Source of the DNA: Candidatus Acidiferrales bacterium
GTDB lineage: Bacteria > Acidobacteriota > Terriglobia > Acidiferrales > UBA7541
Length of the DNA stretch: 64,000 nucleotides
NCBI GenBank assembly: GCA_050014395.1
Contig: JBEKDK010000004.1
Span: forward strand, 9,765 to 73,764
Reading direction: 5' to 3'
A program made the position numbers and the translations under genes. Of this stretch, positions 57,394-64,000 are shown piece by piece (the stretch's first letter is position 1; the number at the start of each line of letters is the position of its first letter). The notes beneath the pieces were generated by a model. It was given only the letters and a program-made list of their open reading frames with translations, was not told the origin of the DNA and made no database searches.

Positions 57394-58568
57394 GGCTGCA
57401 ACTCCGGCACTTCCATCCGCGCGTGCGCCGCCCACGATTTCAATCCCAATTCGCCCAATTGCACGCCCTTCGCCCCTTCCAGCAACGTCCACTCGAACGG
57501 TTCGCCCGCAACCACGTGTCGCAAAAACAATTCCCATTCGATTTTGAAGGCGTTCTCATAAGATTCGGCGCCCGCGAATTTCTTCCAGCCGTCGAAATAT
57601 CGAATCGGGCTTTCAATATCCGGATTCCACACTGGCCGCGGCGTTTCGCCGTACGATTGCGTCCAGCAATCGCGCAGGCCCGCCACAGCCGAGCCCTTCG
57701 TGCCGTCCACCTGCAGCGTCAGCAAATCGTCGCGCCGCACTCGCACGTCCCACGAAGAATTGATCTGCGCCACAATGCCGCCTTCCAGCTCAAACGTTGC
57801 ATACGCGGCGTCTTCCGCCGTGCATTCGTACGCGTTGCCATTTTCATCCCAGCGCCGCGGAATGTGCGTCGCTCCCGTGCACGAAACGCTTTTCACGCGG
57901 CCGAACATTCGATCCAGAACGTATCGATAGTGGCACAGCATATCCATAATGATGCCCCCGCCGTCTTCCTTGCGATAATTCCACGACGGTCGCTGCGCGG
58001 GAACCGCGTCGCCTTCAAACACCCAGTAGCCGAATTCGCCGCGCACCGACAAAATGCGCCCGAAAAATCCATCCGCTTGCAGCGCCGCCAGCTTCAGCAT
58101 CCCCGGCAACCACAACTTGTCCTGCACCACGCCGTGATTCACGCCCGCCTTCTTCGCGAGCTGGTACAGCTCGTAAGCGTCCGCTGCGGAATTCGCCGAC
58201 GGCTTCTCGCAATAAATATGTTTCCCGGCCGCAATCGCCTGGCGAATCGCCGCCGCGCGCCGATCCGTTGTCTGCGCATCGAAATAAACTGAATTGCCGC
58301 GATCGGCCAGCGCTTCTTCGAGATTCGTCGTCCACCGCGCCCCGCCCGCTGCGTCGGCAAGCGATTCGAGCTTCTCCGCGTTGCGCCCCACCAAAATCGG
58401 CTCCGGCATGATCGTTTCGCCCGACGCCAATTTCACGCCGCCCTGCTTGCGTATCGCGACGATCGAGCGGTGCAGGTGCTGGTTCGTCCCCATGCGCCCG
58501 GTCACGCCGTTCATGATCACGCCGACGGTGTGCACCTTGCGCCCCGCGACCGAATCCGCCGGCGTCAC
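57390..58568 (-). CDS. Gfo/Idh/MocA family oxidoreductase
   Basis: GTG 58568 overlaps the cupin stop (GTGA); N-terminal Rossmann VGVIMNGVTGRMG, EKP motif (IYCEKP). Confidence 0.8.
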   Translation of the reverse strand: MTPADSVAGRKVHTVGVIMNGVTGRMGTNQHLHRSIVAIRKQGGVKLASGETIMPEPILVGRNAEKLESLADAAGGARWTTNLEEALADRGNSVYFDAQTTDRRAAAIRQAIAAGKHIYCEKPSANSAADAYELYQLAKKAGVNHGVVQDKLWLPGMLKLAALQADGFFGRILSVRGEFGYWVFEGDAVPAQRPSWNYRKEDGGGIIMDMLCHYRYVLDRMFGRVKSVSCTGATHIPRRWDENGNAYECTAEDAAYATFELEGGIVAQINSSWDVRVRRDDLLTLQVDGTKGSAVAGLRDCWTQSYGETPRPVWNPDIESPIRYFDGWKKFAGAESYENAFKIEWELFLRHVVAGEPFEWTLLEGAKGVQLGELGLKSWAAHARMEVPELQP

Positions 58569-59020
58569 GCCTCGGGCCTTTCCGTGCACTGCGGACACGC
58601 GCCCGCAGGCAGCGCCGGCGCATCGACGCCAGCCTTCGGCAACGTGCCCGCAAGTTCTTGCCGCCAATGCGCAACGTCTCCTGCCGGACCATAGCAATAA
58701 ATCATGCGCAGCGGCGCGTCGCCCGTGTTCGTCAGTTGATGAAACACTCCCGGCGGAATAAACACCGCCTGCCCCGCGTGCACCATCTGCCGCTCTGCGC
58801 CCAAACACATTTCGCCCGCGCCCTCCACAATAAAATAAATCTCTTCCTGTCCCTGATTGTGCCACGGCACTTGCCCGCCGCGAGGATCGAGCGTGACGTT
58901 GCCCATGCAAAACTGTTTCGCCTGAATTGGTGAAGCCCCGCCCACCAGATTTTGCGTTCGGCGCCGCGCCGGATACCGGCGCCCTTCGATTTTATCGAGA
59001 TCGGCGACGATCATCGTCAT
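58565..59020 (-). CDS. cupin domain protein
   Basis: G(X)5HxH-like WHNQGQEEIYFIVEG and GxxxxxPxGxxH (FIPPGVFHQ) cupin motifs. Confidence 0.75.
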   Translation of the reverse strand: MTMIVADLDKIEGRRYPARRRTQNLVGGASPIQAKQFCMGNVTLDPRGGQVPWHNQGQEEIYFIVEGAGEMCLGAERQMVHAGQAVFIPPGVFHQLTNTGDAPLRMIYCYGPAGDVAHWRQELAGTLPKAGVDAPALPAGACPQCTERPEA

Positions 59021-60350
59021 TCCCCCAGAAAACCAAATATGGCTCGTCAGCGGCGACGCGCTGCACGTAAAGCGCGGCCTCGCGCGCGTGGTAATCGCCC
59101 CACATGCTCGATTCTCCGCACGGCACCTTGCGCCGCGGCGGCACGTAGTCCCACGCGTTCGGGCGATGATACACCGAGTGCAAAATCAATCCTTGGTGCT
59201 TCGCATCCGTCGAAACATACGGCTCACCCAGCAGCGTATCCAGCACCGTCAGTCCCGCCTGCCAATAACGCCGCCCCGCCGCTCCCAGCACATGGCCCAG
59301 GCGCAAGAGTCCTTGCGCCGCAATCGTCGCAGCGGAGCTATCCACCGGCTCAAAATCGTTGAACGGATCGGCGCGTTTCGATTGCCAATCGCCCAAGCGG
59401 CGCAAGCCGGGCGCTCCCGTATCCCAGTAAGGAATTCCATCGGCGGCTGTGGCGCTCTCGATATAGAAATCGCACGTCGCGCGCGCCGCCTCCGTCAGCA
59501 GCGGCACAATTTTCTTTCGCCCGATCGCCCGCAGAAATTCGATTTGCTCGGCGAAGCCGCACATCGCCCACGCCAGCCCGCGCGTCCACGTGCTGAATGG
59601 CGAATAACCCTGCTGCGAGTTCGGCGAACGAAACGCGCCGGTGCTCACGTCGAAGATCGATTCGTGCGCCACGCGCCCACGCACATCGTACAAATCGCGC
59701 GCGCCCCCGTAGTAAACGGAGTATTTCGCCGTCGCCGCCGCGTGCTCCTCCAGCCGCTCGAGCAGCGAAACTTTCCTGTCGCCGTCCTCCATCAGCACGT
59801 GCCCTAGCCTGTGCGCCACCGCCAGCGACCGCAGCGATCGAATCGTATCCACGAAAAGCGAGTGCGCCCCGTTGAACGAATAGATGTAGCCGCCGTCCGC
59901 GATCTTCGTCCATCGCCGCGCCTGCACCGCGCCGCTCACCTTCAGCGCCAGCGCGTAAAACTCCCGCTCCCATTTGCTTTCCGGAATGCGTCCTTCGCCC
60001 ATCAAGCGGTGCAGATTGCCGTACGTGCTGATATTGTTGAAGCCGTGGTCGTGCACGCCGAAATGGCTCACGTGCGGCGCCATGAATTTCACGGTTTGCG
60101 CGCGGCCCAACTCCAAAAATTCCCGTTCGCCCGTGGCGCCGAATTGCAGCAGCGCGGACCCAAATTCAAATCCCTGCGTCCATTCCGTCCACCCTCGCTG
60201 CGTGTATTTTCCGCGCACCGTAAACACCGGCGAGCCCTTCGCGCGGTCGATCGTGCCCTCGATCCGCCGAATCTTCCCGGCCGAAAGTTCCCAGACTCGC
60301 CGCAACCTCGCCGCGAAATCGCCCGGCCGAATCTTGTAATCGATCTTCAT
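58992..60350 (-). CDS. glycoside hydrolase, unsaturated glucuronyl hydrolase-like (GH88/GH105-like)
   Basis: 452 aa, alpha/alpha-toroid-like pattern, WTQGFEFG motif; family call tentative. Confidence 0.5.
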   Translation of the reverse strand: MKIDYKIRPGDFAARLRRVWELSAGKIRRIEGTIDRAKGSPVFTVRGKYTQRGWTEWTQGFEFGSALLQFGATGEREFLELGRAQTVKFMAPHVSHFGVHDHGFNNISTYGNLHRLMGEGRIPESKWEREFYALALKVSGAVQARRWTKIADGGYIYSFNGAHSLFVDTIRSLRSLAVAHRLGHVLMEDGDRKVSLLERLEEHAAATAKYSVYYGGARDLYDVRGRVAHESIFDVSTGAFRSPNSQQGYSPFSTWTRGLAWAMCGFAEQIEFLRAIGRKKIVPLLTEAARATCDFYIESATAADGIPYWDTGAPGLRRLGDWQSKRADPFNDFEPVDSSAATIAAQGLLRLGHVLGAAGRRYWQAGLTVLDTLLGEPYVSTDAKHQGLILHSVYHRPNAWDYVPPRRKVPCGESSMWGDYHAREAALYVQRVAADEPYLVFWGNDDDRRRSR

Positions 60351-60440
60351 CGCGCTAGAATTGCTCCTGCTCCAGTTTCGCGTTCAACAGAATACGCCGA
60401 AGCCGATGAAAACCGAAGCGAGCATCGAAAAGAGCGCGGC

Positions 60441-61490
60441 ATGAAGGCGCTGTACCTTGACGCCCCCGGCGCGTGGTCGCTTCGCGAAATCCCGCCGCCC
60501 GAAATGGGGCCCGGCCAAGTCCTGCTGCGCGTGCGTTTCGTGGGACTCTGTGGCAGCGATCTCGCTACATTTCGCGGCAAGAATGCGCTCGTCGAATTTC
60601 CGCGAATCCTCGGCCACGAAATCGCCGCCACCATCGAGCGCGCCGGCGCCGGCGTCCCCGCCCATCTGCGCCCCGGTACAAACGTCACATTGCTTCCCTA
60701 CAAGAGCTGCGGCGTGTGCCCCGCCTGCCGCCAGGGCCGCCTGAATTCTTGCCGCGCGAATCAAACTATGGGCGTGCAGCGCGATGGCGCGCTCGCCGAA
60801 TGGATCGTCGCACCGTGGGAACAGTTGCGCACGTCGAACACGCTTTCCCTGCGCGAACTCTGCTTGGTTGAACCGCTCACCGTCGGCTTCCACGCCGTCG
60901 CGCGCGGCCGCGTCACGCCGCAAGACACAGTCCTCGTAATTGGCTGCGGCGTGGTCGGCCTGGGAGCCGTGGCCGGGGCGGCGCATCGCGGCGCCACCGT
61001 CATCGCGCTGGATATGGATGAAGGTAAGCTCGCCCTGGCCCGTCGCGCCGGCGCTGCGCACACAATTCGCGGCGAGAAGCATGAGGGCGCAGCCGGCTCG
61101 TCCGTGCGCGACCAAATCCTGGCGCTCACTTCCGGCGATGGCCCCGCTGTGGTGATCGAAGCCGTTGGCACGCCCGAAACATTCCGCATGGCCGCGGAGG
61201 TCGCCTCTTTCGCCGGCCGCGTCGTTTATATCGGCTACGCGAAGGAGCCCGTCAGCTACGAGACGCGCTGGTTCGTCCTGAAAGAACTCGACATCCTCGG
61301 CTCGCGCAATGCCACGCCGGAAGATTTTGAGGCCGTCATCACCATGCTCGAGCGCCGCGAGTTCCCCGTCGACGAAACGATCGGCTCCGTCGTTCCATTT
61401 GAAAAAGTTGGCGAAGCGCTGCGCGCGTGGGAGCGGAATCCCTTCGCCTACCGCAAAATTCTGGTCGAAGTCAGCCCCGCCACGAACTGA
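60441..61490 (+). CDS. zinc-dependent alcohol/sorbitol dehydrogenase family (MDR)
   Basis: GLCGSDL and GHE motifs, structural-zinc Cys cluster (CGVCPACRQGRLNSC), GCGVVGLG Rossmann. Confidence 0.85.
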   Translation: MKALYLDAPGAWSLREIPPPEMGPGQVLLRVRFVGLCGSDLATFRGKNALVEFPRILGHEIAATIERAGAGVPAHLRPGTNVTLLPYKSCGVCPACRQGRLNSCRANQTMGVQRDGALAEWIVAPWEQLRTSNTLSLRELCLVEPLTVGFHAVARGRVTPQDTVLVIGCGVVGLGAVAGAAHRGATVIALDMDEGKLALARRAGAAHTIRGEKHEGAAGSSVRDQILALTSGDGPAVVIEAVGTPETFRMAAEVASFAGRVVYIGYAKEPVSYETRWFVLKELDILGSRNATPEDFEAVITMLERREFPVDETIGSVVPFEKVGEALRAWERNPFAYRKILVEVSPATN

Positions 61491-61563
61491 ACGCGAGCGA
61501 GCGCAGGTATTCCTTCGCCAGCGAGTCCTCGCCGAAATTTTCAATCGGCAGATTTTCTGCGGA

Positions 61564-61965
61564 TTATTGCAATTTGCGGTGCGGCTTGCGTATATCGTCG
61601 TACACCAGGATCGAAGCCACCACCAAAATCCAAATGGGGAAGATGCCCATCCCAGGAATCGCCTCTGTGATCAAACCCGGCAGAATCGCCCACCGCTTCC
61701 CAAGAATCACAAACAGCAGCGCCGCCGTCGCCAAATCCACAACCCATTGAATCGGCGGCACGATCGTGACGAAAAGCGAAATCGCGTCCGAAATCGCCGC
61801 CACGCCAAACGCCAGCGCCCAGCGCTTCCATGACGTGCGCTTGGCGACCAGCAGTCCTTGCTCGGCAACCGTCGCCGCCATATCGCTGGCCGAAACCACC
61901 AGCGCCTGATTCGTTTCTTCGTTCGCCATAAATTCAATGGTGCCATCTTCGGCGATTGCCCGCAA
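61564..61965 (-). CDS. small membrane protein, function unknown
   Basis: 133-aa ORF with three hydrophobic segments; start uncertain. Confidence 0.45.
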   Translation of the reverse strand: MRAIAEDGTIEFMANEETNQALVVSASDMAATVAEQGLLVAKRTSWKRWALAFGVAAISDAISLFVTIVPPIQWVVDLATAALLFVILGKRWAILPGLITEAIPGMGIFPIWILVVASILVYDDIRKPHRKLQ

Positions 61966-62053
61966 GCCCCGTGCCGACGGTCCCCGTGCGCGGCTGGGCG
62001 TGTTACGATGGGGCCGCTCGCCGACTCTTGTGAATCCATTTAGGGGGCTTTCG

Positions 62054-63667
62054 ATGAAAAAGGCGATCCGCTACGGGCTCGTCGCCCTCGGCATTCTGAT
62101 TCTTCTTGCTCTCGTTCTCCCGCTTTTCGTCAGCGTCAATAGTTTCCGTCCTACGATCGAGCAGAAACTCTCCGCCGCGCTTGGCCGCCAAGTCCAGGTC
62201 GGCAATCTCGGACTCTCGGTCATATCCGGTTCGGTTTCCGCCGACAATCTTGCCGTCGCCGACGATCCGGCGTTCAGCTCAACATCATTCCTCACCGCGA
62301 AGTCGCTGAAGATCGGCGTCGAGCTGATGCCCCTGATTTTTTCGCGCACGCTGCATATCACCAGCCTGACGATCGAGTCCCCGCAAGTGACCCTGTTGCA
62401 CAATCCCGCGGGCCGCTGGAATTTTTCGTCGCTGGGCGGCCCCAGCTCCGCCACATCGACGTCATCCTCCGGCAGCGAGGCCTCATCACTCGTCGTGGAA
62501 AAACTCGACCTAAAAACCGGCCAACTCACCGTCGGCTCGACGACTTCCTCCAAGCGCAGCGTCTACAGCGCCGTCGATCTCGAAATCAGCAATCTTTCTG
62601 CATCGTCGCAATTCCCGATCACGCTGAAAGCCAGCCTGCCGGGCGGCGGCAGCCTTACGGTCACCGGCCAAGCCGGCCCGCTCGATTCCGCCGACGCCGC
62701 GCTCACGCCGCTCAACGCCAAGCTTGAAATTGACAGCCTCAATCTGGTCTCCACCGGCTTCCTCGATCCGAACGCCGGCGTCAGCGGCATCGCCAATATG
62801 AATTGCACAATCCAATCCACCGCCGGCAGCGCCGAAGCGCAAGGCTCGATCGATCTTTCCAAGCTGCAAGTGGTAAAGGGCGGCGCGCCAGCCACCACGC
62901 CCATCGGCATCAGCTTCGATTCCACCTATGACGTGCAGCACAACACCGGCGTCATCAAGCAAGGCAGCGTCACAATCGGCAAAGCCGTCGCGCATCTGAG
63001 CGGCGCCTACGATTTCAGCGGCGATACTCCGGCAATCAACGTGAAGATTTCCGGCCAAGACATGCCCGTGCAAAATCTGGAATCCGCGCTCCCCGCCGTC
63101 GGCGTGATTCTGCCCAAGGGCGCCACGCTCGAATCCGGCACGCTCACGGCGAATCTCAGCACCTCCGGCCCCACCAGCGCGCTGATCACCACCGGCAATA
63201 TCGCGCTCGCGAACGCCAAGCTCGCCGGATTCAACCTCGGCTCGCAGCTGGCGGCCGTCTCGGCGTTTTCCGGAATCGCGAAAGCCGCTGACACCACGAT
63301 CGAAAGGTTGACCGCCGGCGTGCGCATCACAGTCGACGGCACCACGCTCAGTCAACTCGACGTGGTCGTCAATGGAATCGGCGAACTCACCGGCGGTGGA
63401 ACCATCGCCGCCAACAACGATCTCGATTTCAAAATGAAGGCGTCGCTCAGCGTGGGCGGCTCGATCGGCCAAGCCCTGGGCGGCTTGACCGGCAACAAAA
63501 ACATGAAGCTCGGAATTCCGTTCAAGATTGGCGGAACGACGTCCAGCCCGACGTTCGCCCCGGATCTCAGCGGCGCATCGTCCGCCACCAAAGGCATCAC
63601 GAGCCCCGCCAGCGGCGCGGCCAGCGCCGTAGGCGGCCTGTTCGGCAAGAAGAAAAAGGGAAATTAG
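62054..63667 (+). CDS. AsmA-family outer-membrane biogenesis protein
   Basis: ATG 62054 (GGGGG upstream); N-terminal anchor MKKAIRYGLVALGILILLALVL then a long Ser/Gly/Thr-rich beta-type domain. Confidence 0.65.
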   Translation: MKKAIRYGLVALGILILLALVLPLFVSVNSFRPTIEQKLSAALGRQVQVGNLGLSVISGSVSADNLAVADDPAFSSTSFLTAKSLKIGVELMPLIFSRTLHITSLTIESPQVTLLHNPAGRWNFSSLGGPSSATSTSSSGSEASSLVVEKLDLKTGQLTVGSTTSSKRSVYSAVDLEISNLSASSQFPITLKASLPGGGSLTVTGQAGPLDSADAALTPLNAKLEIDSLNLVSTGFLDPNAGVSGIANMNCTIQSTAGSAEAQGSIDLSKLQVVKGGAPATTPIGISFDSTYDVQHNTGVIKQGSVTIGKAVAHLSGAYDFSGDTPAINVKISGQDMPVQNLESALPAVGVILPKGATLESGTLTANLSTSGPTSALITTGNIALANAKLAGFNLGSQLAAVSAFSGIAKAADTTIERLTAGVRITVDGTTLSQLDVVVNGIGELTGGGTIAANNDLDFKMKASLSVGGSIGQALGGLTGNKNMKLGIPFKIGGTTSSPTFAPDLSGASSATKGITSPASGAASAVGGLFGKKKKGN

Positions 63668-63674
63668 TTTCGCG

Positions 63675-63977
63675 TCAGAAGAGCAGCACAGCAAGGCGAT
63701 AGCTGCTGAATCCATCGGCCCGCACGTCCGAGCACGCGCCAACCGCCGCTTGCCGGTAACGCCCGCTCGCAATCGTGCGGTTCAACGCATCGGGCAAATT
63801 GTTCAGCGAATCCGTGTCGAATCGAATTAGGTAATATGCCCGCATGTCTGCGTTCCATTCGTGGCCTGAGGCGCAAGCTCGCCGCGCCTCGCCGTGATCG
63901 TCCAGCAATTGAATTCCGCGCTCTCTGACGAGCGTGCCGAGCTGCTCTTCCTGCTGCTCGATCGTCAAGTCAGCCAC
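63675..63977 (-). CDS. hypothetical protein (100 aa)
   Basis: Complete ORF with GTG start close to the window end; no recognisable motif. Confidence 0.35.
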   Translation of the reverse strand: MADLTIEQQEEQLGTLVRERGIQLLDDHGEARRACASGHEWNADMRAYYLIRFDTDSLNNLPDALNRTIASGRYRQAAVGACSDVRADGFSSYRLAVLLF

Positions 63978-64000
63978 GGCGCGCGAAAAATCCTGTACCG

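Overview
GC-rich bacterial chromosomal segment, densely coded. Gene content (DUF6600/FecR-like secreted proteins, orphan MacB/FtsX-type permeases, Ser/Thr kinase with TPR) suggests an Acidobacteriota-like soil organism, by inference only. No rRNA, tRNA, CRISPR or mobile elements were found. All product calls rest on motif recognition in the supplied translations; no homology searches were run.

Gene blocks in order:
- acnA 3' end, then an envelope and glycosyltransferase cluster including lgt.
- PilZ protein.
- Pho regulon island: phoB/phoR-like pair, a porin preceded by a Pho-box array, and pstSCAB-phoU.
- Ser/Thr kinase.
- A sigma54 two-component system flanked by two paralogous secreted Trp-rich proteins.
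- PQQ sugar dehydrogenase and dienelactone hydrolase.
- Sulfate assimilation operon (sat, TSUP permease, APS-reductase-type cysH), followed by the siroheme genes hemD and cobA, with sirC about 5 kb further on.
- GAF-ANTAR regulator.
- Two MacB-like permeases.
- ilvA, sirC and glnB on the minus strand, followed by a porin and glnA.
- Complete urease operon ureABCEFGD.
- Fucosidase and a type III PKS.
- A putative unsaturated-uronate utilisation operon.
- An AsmA-like protein.

Main hunt result: a family of three short cysteine-rich ORFs, all below the 60-aa cutoff of the ORF track, each followed by an intrinsic terminator.
- The clearest encodes 12 Cys as four CCC triplets. It sits before sat-TSUP-cysH and has an explicit 1:2 / 2:3 / 3:4 alternative-pairing layout.
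- A second appears leaderless, behind a near-consensus promoter. It precedes a 46-aa membrane peptide and a YeiH/PSE-family 'putative sulfate exporter'.
- A third, weaker copy shares sequence blocks and a near-identical terminator with the first.

These look like ribosome-mediated, cysteine-sensing transcription attenuators.
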